A DNA stretch of 64,000 bases from an uncultured Bacteroidales bacterium (GTDB lineage Bacteria > Bacteroidota > Bacteroidia > Bacteroidales > VadinHA17), in NCBI GenBank assembly GCA_963831855.1, contig CAWHSA010000005.1, positions 648,120-712,119 of the forward strand, written 5' to 3'. The notes under the pieces were generated by a model. That model had not been told where the DNA came from. It did not search any database and saw only the letters and a list, made by a program, of their open reading frames with translations. Position 1 is the stretch's first letter. Each line of letters starts with the position of its first letter. The translations under genes and the position numbers were made by a program. This document shows, piece after piece, positions 1 to 9,373 of the stretch.

Positions 1-1121
1 TTATATGGATTTAGGCTCCAGGCAAATCTCAGATCGCGCGGGAAAAGCGCTTTTATCTGAGGCATTTTCAGATATTTGTCAACTTTGGCTGTATCCCTTC
101 CCAGGGCGAGCCCAACCATACTTGAAGGCAATGGTTCCCCCTGTTCATTTACCCTTGGATTCAGGAGTCCAAACAGAGGATTCTGTAGTGTGAATTCTTC
201 CTTTGTAGATGCCTCAGCAGCTTTAGTAGTGTCTTTCTTTATCAGTTCAAGAACCTGGTCCGCCGTTTTCGTTGTGTCTGTCACTGCAGTCTGAGCAGGT
301 ATGTTTCCTGTTTCAACCTTTGCTTCCGCTGCCTTTATCTGTGTAGCATCGATCTGCTTCAGAAGGTTATTGGCAGCAGACAGATAACCGATTACTTCAG
401 AGTTCTCATAAGTCTCCCAGAATTCAAGGTTTGCCGTTCCCTGGAGAAGTTCACGGACACGCTTCTGGTCTTTTAGTCCCGGAAGTTCGATAAGTATCCT
501 TCCCTTGGTTGCCATCCTTGTTATATTTGGCTGGACCACTCCAAAACGGTCGATCCTGTTGCGGAGAATATTGAATGCGTTGTCAATTGCTGATGTCACC
601 TCACCGTCCAGAACCTTCAGAACCTGGTCGTTTGTGGAATTGAAATTGATTTTATCTCTCAGCTCAACGGTACCGAAGATAGCTGCCAGCCTTGCATTAG
701 GATCAATTTCCTGGAATGCCCGGCCGAAAAGTGTCAGGTAATCAGCCTGGCTTTGGGTCTGAAGCTCTTTCGCGCGGGCCAGTGCAGCAATAAAAGTCTT
801 GTCAGTGCTGTAATTTGAAAGGGACTTAAGAATATCCTGAACCGACACTTCAAGGATTACGTTCATTCCTCCTTTAAGGTCAAGCCCAAGGTTCATCTCC
901 TTTCTCTGAACTTCCTTGAAGGTATAGCCAATATAGTTCCACTGAGTTTTTGTGAGCGTCTGCATTGAATCGAGGTATGCATTCTCCTTTTCAAGGTCGC
1001 CTTTTGCAAATTCCCGTGCATCCTTTTTGACTTTCCAGGTCATGCCGGTAAATGAAATCTGATAAAGAGATACCACTGCTAATGCAATCGCCAGGATGAT
1101 TATAGCTGCTTTATTCTGCAT
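1..1121 (-). CDS. secDF: Protein translocase subunit SecDF (fused SecD/SecF), N-terminal ~373 codons; the rest lies beyond the window start
   Basis: Absent from the ORF track because it is open at the edge. Hand translation of the minus strand from ATG (1119-1121) gives MQNKAAIIILAIALAVVSLYQISF...LGLDLKGGMNVILEVS...FNILRNRIDRFGVVQPNITR...ILIELPGLKD. This is an N-terminal TM helix plus the SecD-type LDLKGG and RID.FGV.QP motifs. The frame stays open to base 1. Confidence 0.8.
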   Translation of the reverse strand, partial: MQNKAAIIILAIALAVVSLYQISFTGMTWKVKKDAREFAKGDLEKENAYLDSMQTLTKTQWNYIGYTFKEVQRKEMNLGLDLKGGMNVILEVSVQDILKSLSNYSTDKTFIAALARAKELQTQSQADYLTLFGRAFQEIDPNARLAAIFGTVELRDKINFNSTNDQVLKVLDGEVTSAIDNAFNILRNRIDRFGVVQPNITRMATKGRILIELPGLKDQKRVRELLQGTANLEFWETYENSEVIGYLSAANNLLKQIDATQIKAAEAKVETGNIPAQTAVTDTTKTADQVLELIKKDTTKAAEASTKEEFTLQNPLFGLLNPRVNEQGEPLPSSMVGLALGRDTAKVDKYLKMPQIKALFPRDLRFAWSLNPY

Positions 1122-1176
1122 TTGTTTATGCTTTGAATTATTCTGTAATTATTTCTGATTCTTATTTATCGAGGCG

Positions 1177-1184
1177 CAAATATA
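1177..1184 (-). promoter_or_regulatory. Candidate Bacteroidota sigma-A -7 box (TATATTTG, consensus TAnnTTTG) upstream of secDF
   Basis: The plus strand reads CAAATATA, so the minus strand reads TATATTTG, ~56 nt upstream of the secDF ATG. This is a motif match only. Confidence 0.3.
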
Positions 1185-1354
1185 TTAATTTTTTACAAAA
1201 AGATTCAATTTAATTTACCTGAATCGATATAATACTATCAGCTATTCTTGCTGTTTTACGAAGGAGATCCCTCGCTGAACATTTACAATCCCGAGCGACA
1301 GCCTCAAATACCAGAGGTATCAAGAACAAATCTTTAATTTGTGTGTCTTTCGTA

Positions 1355-1391
1355 CAAAACAAAAAAAGGCTGCAATTAAAAACTGCAGCCT
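1355..1391 (-). terminator. Rho-independent terminator after the efflux operon (TolC gene)
   Basis: Perfect 8-bp stem AGGCTGCA (1367-1374) / TGCAGCCT (1384-1391) with a 9-nt loop. On the minus strand a run TTTTTTTGTTTT follows. It starts 21 nt after the TolC stop at 1412. Confidence 0.65.
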
Positions 1392-1411
1392 CAATTCAGA
1401 AACTATTGTTT

Positions 1412-2896
1412 TTATTCAAGAAGCTTTTCGTAATTTGTTTCAAGGGGTTTCCTGTTAATGAAATCATACAACGTCAGGCTCCGGATATTGTAAAAATAAT
1501 TCCAGTAGTTCTGGAGAGCCTGAATATAAGCCCTCCTGTTCTGGTCCTTCCTGGTATCAGCATTATTAAGATCCAGAATTGCTATCTTTCCGATAAGGAA
1601 CCTCTGTTTTGTTACCTCAAACATCCTCGTAGCTACAGTATCTGACTTTGCAGCTATGGCTACCTGGTTTCTCTGCAGGTTGAACTGTTCCACGTCCAGA
1701 AACAGGTTTTGCTGAAAGTCGACCCGGTTTTGATTTGCTGTAACCACTGCCAGTTCAAGGCTGGACTTGGCCATCTGGTACCTTCCCCGGCCCTCTCCCC
1801 AGTCAAGAATTGGCAATGAGAACTGAAGTCTTACTCTCTGTGAGTTATTGAGATTCTGATATGCATCTCTGATTACTACACTCTGCTGGTTCAAGCCGAG
1901 CGAAGCTGTAAGTGAAGCATTGAGCCCTTTGTTCGCTTTTGCCTGTGCAAGGCTGCTCTCGGCATTAAGTATATTCAGGTCGTACCCCAGAATGTCAGGA
2001 TTATTTGCCATGGCAAGCTCAAGAACCTGCTGTACCTCCACCTGAAGATCAGGAACTACAGAAGGCAGTATCAGTTCCAGCCTTACCTGGTCGTTAAAAC
2101 CGAGAAATGACCTTAACCTGATCTCAGCATCACGCAGGTCCATATCAGTCTGCTTGCCGGCGGACTCTGCATTCAGGTAAGAAAGCTGCATCTGTAAAAG
2201 CTCATCTTCTGCGATTGTTCCAAGCTCATACCGGCCATTGGCAATATCGTACAGTGTGTCGGCATTTGCCAGGTTCATAATAGCGATCTGCTTGCCTATC
2301 TGAGCGCTGGCAAGACGGAAGAACGACATTACAGCAGTCATATGTACCTGTTCAATTGCGGACAGGTAAGTCTTTTTTGCCTGGTCGTACCGTTTTGGTT
2401 CTATTTTTTTATCCCACTTTAATGAATTGAAACTCCTGATCGGCTGGGTAATATTAATACTTACAGGTGTTGTAACATAATTGATCGGTTTATTTCTCGC
2501 TAAGTCTTTCTCCAGGGTAAGGTCAGATCTCAGGGAAATTACTGTCCCGGTTATACCAATATTTTGTGCCAGAGCCAGGGATCCCAGGTTGTTGACCGTG
2601 TTTGTTTGCACATAATAATATGTACTGTCAGAGGGTCTGAACTGCCTCTGGAGTGAATTGTTGAAGTCAGGGGTAGTACCGGTCATTCTCAGAGATGGTC
2701 TGTACTGAGCCTGGAATGATCTGTATTGCCAGTAGCTGGAGCGAAACCGGTGCTGCGCCATCAGGGCATTGGGAGATTGCGTTTCCGAAAGCTGTATTAC
2801 TTCTTCGAAGGTAAGTCGTTTGACCTCCTGAGCTGCGATTCTTTGTACTGAAAGCAGTGAGGCCGGTATCAACAGGAGTGTTAGTAATTTCTTCAT
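1412..2896 (-). CDS. TolC-family outer-membrane efflux protein
   Basis: 494 aa with a signal peptide (MKKLLTLLLIPASLLSVQRIAAQE). Two-repeat coiled/beta architecture typical of OEP/TolC. Last gene of the HlyD-permease-TolC operon, 10-nt gap to the permease. Confidence 0.8.
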   Translation of the reverse strand: MKKLLTLLLIPASLLSVQRIAAQEVKRLTFEEVIQLSETQSPNALMAQHRFRSSYWQYRSFQAQYRPSLRMTGTTPDFNNSLQRQFRPSDSTYYYVQTNTVNNLGSLALAQNIGITGTVISLRSDLTLEKDLARNKPINYVTTPVSINITQPIRSFNSLKWDKKIEPKRYDQAKKTYLSAIEQVHMTAVMSFFRLASAQIGKQIAIMNLANADTLYDIANGRYELGTIAEDELLQMQLSYLNAESAGKQTDMDLRDAEIRLRSFLGFNDQVRLELILPSVVPDLQVEVQQVLELAMANNPDILGYDLNILNAESSLAQAKANKGLNASLTASLGLNQQSVVIRDAYQNLNNSQRVRLQFSLPILDWGEGRGRYQMAKSSLELAVVTANQNRVDFQQNLFLDVEQFNLQRNQVAIAAKSDTVATRMFEVTKQRFLIGKIAILDLNNADTRKDQNRRAYIQALQNYWNYFYNIRSLTLYDFINRKPLETNYEKLLE

Positions 2897-2906
2897 TGTT
2901 AGTATT

Positions 2907-4301
2907 TTATTCGTATCTTAATGATTCTATTGGATCTCTTTCTGATGCTCGTTTGGCCGGAGAATATCCGAAAATGACTCCTACAGCAGCTGATACCCCG
3001 AAAGCAATAAAGACTGAAAAGAATGAAACGATAGTCATTATCCCTGCAATCTGTTCTATCAGCTTGGCCATTATCACTCCGAAGAAAATCCCTATAAAAC
3101 CACCGGAAACACTTATAAGAACTGCTTCAGCCAGGAACTGAACAACAATATCCATCTTCTTTGCCCCGATAGCCATCCTCGTTCCGATCTCCTTTATTCT
3201 TTCCATAACAGAGGCGAACATAATATTCATGATGCCGATGCCTCCTACAATAAGAGAGATGCTTGCAATTGCCCCCAGAACAATATTAAAGATGTCTTTT
3301 GTCCTTTGCTGCTGCTTCAGCAGTAGCTCCGGGACAGTTATTTCAAAATCCTTAACGCCTGTGTGCCTGCGTGTAAGCATACGGCTCAATATTTCAGTGG
3401 TGGGATTAAGCTGCTCGGTTTCCGTAACCTGTACAACTATTCTGTCGAGCTGGTTATAGTTGGTTTCGGTCTGAGTATTTGCGTCAGAACTGCTTACTAT
3501 GACTCTTGCCATTCCGCCTCCGCCTCCACCCGGACCGCCTCCGAATATCATCACATTGGAGGAAGCCTCTGATACTGTTTTTGTGTTCACCAGTGCCCGG
3601 TTCTGATACCTTAAAAGCATTGTCTGTATCGGTATGTAAATGTTATCATTATAAACATTAACACCTTTCTCTTCAAAGCCTGTGAGACTGACAGTGGTCT
3701 TCTGGAGTACCCCTATTACCTTCAGCCATATCCCGTTAAATTTAATGTACTGGCCCAACGGATCAACTTTGGAGAAAAATTTTGCCCTGATATTGGCGCC
3801 GATGATACAAACCTGGATACCGTTTTCCTCCTGGTAATTGTTGAATACAGTTCCTGATATAAGCGGCAGGTTATACAGGTAGAAATAATCGTTTGATACA
3901 CCAACAAGTTTGGCAGTATATTTAACCCCGTTCATCATTGCTGTTGAATTGAATGAGATTTCGGGGCTTATCCTCTTCACAGAAGGAACTGTTTCACGGA
4001 TCGCATCAACATCGAGCAAACTAAGTCCCCTTGAGAATTTCTTCTGCTGTTTTTCGCCTTCCTCTGTGGAACTGGATTTATCCGGTACAATAGGGTTGAC
4101 AAGAATATTATTAACCCCTACCATCTTCATCTGTTCCATAATCTCCTGCTTGGCTCCTTTTCCAATTGCCAGCATGGCAATTACAGCTGCAACCCCGAAG
4201 ATAATTCCAAGTGCCGTAAGCATTGACTTTAGCTTGTTGGAGATGATAGATTCTACGGCAATTTCTATGTCGTGGAAATATCTGAATATGAATTTAAACA
4301 T
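2907..4301 (-). CDS. ABC transporter permease, MacB/FtsX family (MacB periplasmic domain plus FtsX C-terminal 4-TM module)
   Basis: 464 aa. N-terminal TM helix (LKSMLTALGIIFGVAAVIAMLAIG), a large periplasmic domain and a C-terminal FtsX-like region (IGTRMAIGAKKMDIVVQFLAEAVLISVSGG). It has no ATPase domain. Confidence 0.85.
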   Translation of the reverse strand: MFKFIFRYFHDIEIAVESIISNKLKSMLTALGIIFGVAAVIAMLAIGKGAKQEIMEQMKMVGVNNILVNPIVPDKSSSTEEGEKQQKKFSRGLSLLDVDAIRETVPSVKRISPEISFNSTAMMNGVKYTAKLVGVSNDYFYLYNLPLISGTVFNNYQEENGIQVCIIGANIRAKFFSKVDPLGQYIKFNGIWLKVIGVLQKTTVSLTGFEEKGVNVYNDNIYIPIQTMLLRYQNRALVNTKTVSEASSNVMIFGGGPGGGGGGMARVIVSSSDANTQTETNYNQLDRIVVQVTETEQLNPTTEILSRMLTRRHTGVKDFEITVPELLLKQQQRTKDIFNIVLGAIASISLIVGGIGIMNIMFASVMERIKEIGTRMAIGAKKMDIVVQFLAEAVLISVSGGFIGIFFGVIMAKLIEQIAGIMTIVSFFSVFIAFGVSAAVGVIFGYSPAKRASERDPIESLRYE

Positions 4302-4319
4302 ATAGCTTACTGTTTTTTG

Positions 4320-5930
4320 TTACCTGTTTGTCTGAGTTGATTCCTGAGTCTGCTGGGTTTGCTGATTCCTCTGGCCCTGCTGACGGGTACCCTGCTGGGC
4401 TCCGTCCTGATTGAACCGGCGTCTGGCTGAAGTATCACGGGCACCGCCCGGGTTGTTATTACGCATTTCCCTGAATCTCCGCATTGCTGCTGTATCCATC
4501 GTTCTCCCCTGGCCTCCCTGCATATTCCCCCTCATATTCTGGAACTGCTGCATCATTTCGGGTGTCATCTGTCCTCTCTGGCCTCTGCCTCCGAATCCTC
4601 CCCTCTGCTGTGCCTGGTCATTTGCCTGCCGTTCAGCTTCTTTCCTGGCTTTTTCCTTTTCCTTGATTATAGATACCAGGTCTTCTCCAAGAAGCCTGGA
4701 AAATCTTTCCGGTTCTTCAGGTGAATTAAGATAGATCACATCACCGGGATTAACACCCTTCTCCACCACGACATTGTTTTCATTTGATTCACCAAGCACA
4801 ACAATCTGCCGTGAACCGTTTTTCATATATACAAATGGAATCGAGTCTACACCGGTATGAACGCTTTCAAGAGGTATGAAGGTAACATCATCAATGGTCT
4901 TGGTAACTATTTTATTTCCAGTCGTCATCGAAGGTTTTAGAAATGCGTCCGAACCGTCCACTTTTATCTGGACTTCAAATACCTTGGCGTCAGCATTAGG
5001 CAGCTGTTCTCCGATGTTGGCAACCTGGATAACTGAGCCGGTATATTTCTTTTCAGGAAATGCATCAACAATAATGTCAACCTTTTGCCCTGTTTTTACC
5101 TTGCTTATATCAATTTCGTTGACATAAGTCTTGGAGATCATGCTTGACATATCAGGAAGAGTGGCTACAACATTATCCCATGTGCTTATAGAAGATCCTA
5201 CTTTTCTTTTTGCTCCCATCCTGTCTCTTTTATAGATGACCATTCCAGCTGAAGGTGCACTTATTATGAACTTGGAAAGTACGGCCTGAAGATCTGCAAC
5301 TCTCTGACGCTGTTCGGAAAGCTGTGTTTTCAAATTACGCATATCGGATCTTGCACGTTCAACCTGCAGGTCATAACCTCTTACCGACTGTTCGAGGGAC
5401 CGTTTTGCCTTATCCAGGGCTATCTCAGTCTGCCGTTTGGTAGCCGGAGGTTCCCACTTCGACTGGTCAACAGTTATCTGGGCTTCTTCAACAGAGAATT
5501 TCTGGTTCTTGATCTGGTCCCTTGCGTTACTCAGAGTTACTGCAGTATCGAGAATTTTAACCTCAAGGTTAGTCTCATATGTTGTAAGCCTGTCCAGCTC
5601 ATCCTTCAGACTGTTGTCGAATGAAGTCCTGTCAAGGGTGGCCACATAATCACCAGCCTTAACTTCAGTACCTTCAGGTACCAGGTCAGTGATCTTAATG
5701 TCAGCTGCCCTAATATTTCTGCTCTGGGCTAATTCCGGGCCTAAAATATCGGTTGAATTTTCTGCCTGCAATTCGCCGGTGGTTGTAACTATAATATCGA
5801 ACTCACCCTTCTGAGCTTCAGCGTAAAGGTTCGAAATATCTTTCCGGGAGGAAACTTTACTGTAGACAATCAAAGCTATGACAGCCACAACTACCACAAT
5901 TGCCGTAATAATCCATGTTTTTTTCATCAT
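4320..5930 (-). CDS. HlyD-family efflux periplasmic adaptor (membrane fusion protein) with a long low-complexity C-terminal tail
   Basis: 536 aa. N-terminal TM anchor, then a lipoyl/coiled-coil/beta-barrel pattern (GDYVATLD..., long coiled coil, SAPSAGMVIY). The last ~110 aa are Q/R/G/M-rich. Confidence 0.8.
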   Translation of the reverse strand: MMKKTWIITAIVVVVAVIALIVYSKVSSRKDISNLYAEAQKGEFDIIVTTTGELQAENSTDILGPELAQSRNIRAADIKITDLVPEGTEVKAGDYVATLDRTSFDNSLKDELDRLTTYETNLEVKILDTAVTLSNARDQIKNQKFSVEEAQITVDQSKWEPPATKRQTEIALDKAKRSLEQSVRGYDLQVERARSDMRNLKTQLSEQRQRVADLQAVLSKFIISAPSAGMVIYKRDRMGAKRKVGSSISTWDNVVATLPDMSSMISKTYVNEIDISKVKTGQKVDIIVDAFPEKKYTGSVIQVANIGEQLPNADAKVFEVQIKVDGSDAFLKPSMTTGNKIVTKTIDDVTFIPLESVHTGVDSIPFVYMKNGSRQIVVLGESNENNVVVEKGVNPGDVIYLNSPEEPERFSRLLGEDLVSIIKEKEKARKEAERQANDQAQQRGGFGGRGQRGQMTPEMMQQFQNMRGNMQGGQGRTMDTAAMRRFREMRNNNPGGARDTSARRRFNQDGAQQGTRQQGQRNQQTQQTQESTQTNR

Positions 5931-6031
5931 TATTAAATTTTATTTTTGCTGTATTTCAGAAACCTGAATACCTGACAGAAACTGATATTCCGGGTTTCTT
6001 AATTTTTGTTTATATTTTAAAAAAACTGCCA

Positions 6032-6039
6032 CAAAAGTA
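6032..6039 (-). promoter_or_regulatory. Candidate -7 box (TACTTTTG) for the efflux operon
   Basis: The plus strand reads CAAAAGTA, which is TACTTTTG on the minus strand, ~100 nt upstream of the HlyD ATG. Motif match only. Confidence 0.3.
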
Positions 6040-6154
6040 TTTAAAAGGAAATTCCGGAAGGTTTTAATTAACAATATTTAACATCACCTGTTATTTGCTT
6101 TTATGACTTTAAGACACTCTTAACACAGGTTTTATTCCTTACGGAGAAAAAAAA

Positions 6155-7534
6155 TTAGTGTTTTTTAACAATTGAAATAACCTTATCGGCCAGGGAATCG
6201 GCTTCATCAAGTGTTTTACATTCGGCATATATTCTAAGAATGGGCTCGGTATTTGATTTGCGGATCTGTACCCAGCCCGCAGGAATATCTATCCTCAATC
6301 CATCCCTTTCATCAATCAAAAAGCCACTGAATTCTTCCCTTACCACAGCAAGAATTTCTTTAAAATCATTACCCTGCTGAAGAGCCATTCTTTTTTTTGC
6401 AATCACATAATCGGGATAATTCCTGCGCAGCTCTGAACATTTAATTCTGCTTTTTGCCAGGTGAGTGAGAAACAAGGCAATTCCTGCCAGGGCGTCCCTT
6501 CCGTAATGCAAAACAGGATAAATAACTCCCCCGTTACCTTCACCGCCTATGACAGCATGCCTTTTCTTCATTTCTTCAACAACATTGACCTCGCCGACAG
6601 GTGATGAATAATACCTGCCACCGTACCTTTCAGTTATATCTTTCAATGCCAGGGATGATGAAAGATTTGAAACAGTGGCTCCCGGGTTGGTTTTAAGAAT
6701 ATAATCCGAGACTGCGACCAGGGTATATTCCTCACCAAACACAGATCCGTCTTCACAAATAAATGCCAGACGATCAACATCCGGATCCACGACTATCCCC
6801 AGGTCAGCTTTCTCCCTGAGAACAAGCTCAGAGATTCCTTTAAGGTTTTCCGGCAATGGTTCAGGATTATGGGCAAAATTCCCGTCCGGATTACAGTTTA
6901 GACACGATATCTTTTTAACGCCCAGCGACTCAAGTAATTGTGGAACTATCACTCCCCCAACTGAATTTATGCCATCGACAGCTACCTCGAGTCCTGCCTT
7001 CCTTATTATATTAATTTCGACTTCTTTAAGCTCCAATATTTTTTCAATGTGCCTGTCACCCCATGTGCGATCCTCTGCAAGAGAACCCTCAGATCCGGCA
7101 GCGGCAAAATTGAAATTTTCAGATGATGCGAGTTCAAGTACCTCTTCACCATTGCGGGCAGAAAGGAACTCACCTTTCTCATTTAAAAGTTTTAGTGCAT
7201 TCCACTGACCAGGATTATGGCTCGCTGTTACTATTATTCCTCCCTGTGATAGTGTTCCTGTCACTGCGATCTCCACAGTTGGTGTTGTTGCCAGTCCCAG
7301 GTCGGTGACATTAATTCCAAGGCTTCTTAAAGCAGTGATAACCAGGCTGCTCACCATTGGTCCGGATATACGGGCGTCTCTTCCGACTACAATATGGATA
7401 TCACCTTTATGTTGCTTTTTAATCCATTCCCCGTATGCAGAAGCAAATTTTACTATGTCAGGAGGAGTAAGTCCATCACCGGGTTTTCCGCCGATAGTTC
7501 CCCTGATGCCGGATATTGATTTTATTAAGGTCAT
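6155..7534 (-). CDS. glmM: Phosphoglucosamine mutase (alpha-D-phosphohexomutase family)
   Basis: Contains MTLIKSISGIRGTIGG and the active-site loop TASHNPGQWNALK. The ORF-track start at 7627 adds 31 non-conserved residues, so I place the start at the internal ATG at 7534. Confidence 0.8.
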   Translation of the reverse strand: MTLIKSISGIRGTIGGKPGDGLTPPDIVKFASAYGEWIKKQHKGDIHIVVGRDARISGPMVSSLVITALRSLGINVTDLGLATTPTVEIAVTGTLSQGGIIVTASHNPGQWNALKLLNEKGEFLSARNGEEVLELASSENFNFAAAGSEGSLAEDRTWGDRHIEKILELKEVEINIIRKAGLEVAVDGINSVGGVIVPQLLESLGVKKISCLNCNPDGNFAHNPEPLPENLKGISELVLREKADLGIVVDPDVDRLAFICEDGSVFGEEYTLVAVSDYILKTNPGATVSNLSSSLALKDITERYGGRYYSSPVGEVNVVEEMKKRHAVIGGEGNGGVIYPVLHYGRDALAGIALFLTHLAKSRIKCSELRRNYPDYVIAKKRMALQQGNDFKEILAVVREEFSGFLIDERDGLRIDIPAGWVQIRKSNTEPILRIYAECKTLDEADSLADKVISIVKKH

Positions 7535-7600
7535 ACGATCAGTTTTTGATCTTCGCAAAGGTGCAAAAAAAACGGTAAACCATAAATTGCCAAATAATTG

Positions 7601-7608
7601 TACCTTTG
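7601..7608 (+). promoter_or_regulatory. Candidate -7 box (TACCTTTG) for the pseudouridine synthase/era/der genes
   Basis: Exact TAnnTTTG match, 21 nt upstream of the ATG at 7629. Confidence 0.35.
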
Positions 7609-7628
7609 CAGCCTGAATTAATGGCAAA

Positions 7629-8468
7629 ATGGAAAACCGCCGTACCGGGAGGTCCGCGAGACCAAAAAAGTTTGATTTATCAGGGGGAAAAAAACGGATA
7701 AAACCATCCGGAAATCACAACCGGCCTGTTACAGGACACCAGGAACAGCTGCCGGAACAGTTAAGGCTTAACCGTTATATTGCTGCCAGCGGAGTATGTT
7801 CAAGGCGTGAAGCTGATGAAATAATTCAGAAAGGCCTGATATCTGTAAACGGGAAAAAGATCACTGATCTGGGAACAAAAGTCTCCCGTACTGACGACAT
7901 CAGGTACAAAGGCAGGAGACTTACAGCAGAAAAAAAGGTTTATATCCTGATGAATAAACCAAAAGGTTATGTAACCACAGTCGAAGATCCGCATGCCGAT
8001 AAGACAGTCCTTGACCTTCTGGGGGAGGGATTTGCCGAACGGGTATATCCTGTTGGCCGTCTTGACAAGGAAACTACCGGAGTGCTCCTTCTGACAAATG
8101 ACGGTGACCTGACCGGCAGGCTGACCCACCCGAAGTACAACAGGAAGAAAATTTATCACGTTTTCCTCGATAACCCGGTTACAAAAAATGATCTCTTCAG
8201 GCTCACAGAAGGGATAGAACTCGAGGGCGAGCTTGTTGTGGCTGATGCGGTCTCCTATGCTGATCAGGCTGATAAAACACAGATCGGGATCGAACTTCAT
8301 TCTGGTCAGAACAGGGTGATAAGAAGACTGTTCGAGACTCTTGGCTACAGGGTCAGAAAACTCGACAGGGTTTATTTTGCGGGCCTTACGAAGAAGAATG
8401 TACAGCGCGGAAAATGGAGATATCTCAACGATAAGGAGATAAGCATGCTTAAAAGAGGTATTTTTTAA
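7629..8468 (+). CDS. rRNA pseudouridine synthase, RsuA/RluB family, with S4 domain and a basic N-terminal extension
   Basis: S4-like segment LRLNRYIAASGVCSRREADEIIQKG and catalytic motif GRLDKETTGVLLLTNDGDL. Confidence 0.85.
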   Translation: MENRRTGRSARPKKFDLSGGKKRIKPSGNHNRPVTGHQEQLPEQLRLNRYIAASGVCSRREADEIIQKGLISVNGKKITDLGTKVSRTDDIRYKGRRLTAEKKVYILMNKPKGYVTTVEDPHADKTVLDLLGEGFAERVYPVGRLDKETTGVLLLTNDGDLTGRLTHPKYNRKKIYHVFLDNPVTKNDLFRLTEGIELEGELVVADAVSYADQADKTQIGIELHSGQNRVIRRLFETLGYRVRKLDRVYFAGLTKKNVQRGKWRYLNDKEISMLKRGIF

Positions 8469-8477
8469 TTTCCCGGA

Positions 8478-9356
8478 ATGAAACACAGATCTGGTTTTGT
8501 GAATATCCTTGGAAATCCCAATGTCGGGAAATCTACCATTATGAACAACCTGATCGGGGAAAAGCTTTCCATAATCACATCGAAAGCACAGACAACCAGG
8601 CACCGGATAATGGGCATATTCAATGGCGATGATTTTCAGATAGTATATTCCGATACTCCGGGTATCCTTAAACCCGTATACAAGTTGCAGGAAGCAATGA
8701 TGAGCTTCGTCAATAAGGCGCTTGCTGATGCCGATGTAATACTTTATGTTACCGATGTCACAGAAAAACCTCTTGCAGAAAAAGAGTACACTGAAAGAAT
8801 AAGGAAATCCGGAATACCTGTTATAATTGCAGTAAATAAAATTGACCTGACAAACCAGGAAGATCTTGAGAAAATTGTTGAGTCATGGATCTCTGCGTTC
8901 ACCGGAACGCCAGTAATCCCTGTCTCGGCTCTTAAAAAGTTCAATCTCGAGCCACTTCTGGATGCAGTTCTCAGCAGGCTTCCCGAAGGAGAACCTTATT
9001 TCCCGAAAGATCAGCTTACTGACAGGTATGAGAGATTTTTTGCATCGGAGATTCTGCGTGAAAAAATACTGGTCAATTACTCTCAGGAGATTCCCTATTC
9101 AGTGGAGATTGAAATTGAAAGTTTTAAGGATGAGCCGTCTATAATTAAAATAAGGGCATTAATACATGTTGCCCGTGAGAGCCAGAAAGGAATCATCATC
9201 GGCCACAGGGGCTCAATGCTGAAAAAGGTAGGCACTGAAGCCAGAACTGATATGGAAGATTTCTTCGGGAAGAAGGTATTCCTTGAAACTTATGTTAAGG
9301 TCACAAAGGAGTGGAGAGATAAGCCTGCAATGCTTAAAAGGTTCGGGTACCGTTAA
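8478..9356 (+). CDS. era: GTPase Era
   Basis: G1 motif [10 protein letters not shown]3 motif DTPG, G4 motif NKID, and a C-terminal KH domain (...[19 protein letters not shown]). Confidence 0.95.
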   Translation: MKHRSGFVNILGNPNVGKSTIMNNLIGEKLSIITSKAQTTRHRIMGIFNGDDFQIVYSDTPGILKPVYKLQEAMMSFVNKALADADVILYVTDVTEKPLAEKEYTERIRKSGIPVIIAVNKIDLTNQEDLEKIVESWISAFTGTPVIPVSALKKFNLEPLLDAVLSRLPEGEPYFPKDQLTDRYERFFASEILREKILVNYSQEIPYSVEIEIESFKDEPSIIKIRALIHVARESQKGIIIGHRGSMLKKVGTEARTDMEDFFGKKVFLETYVKVTKEWRDKPAMLKRFGYR

Positions 9357-9373
9357 CAAACAAGAATTTCATT

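Noticed and set aside
5958-5999. AGAAACC...GGTTTCT inverted repeat between glmM and the efflux operon
   Set aside because: A 7-bp stem with a ~28-nt loop is marginal, and the T-rich tail lies on the strand with no upstream gene.
7800-8603. 267-aa minus-strand ORF spanning the pseudouridine synthase/era junction
   Set aside because: It is antisense to two well-supported conserved genes and has a Cys/Phe-rich composition with no recognisable motif. This is a typical shadow ORF.
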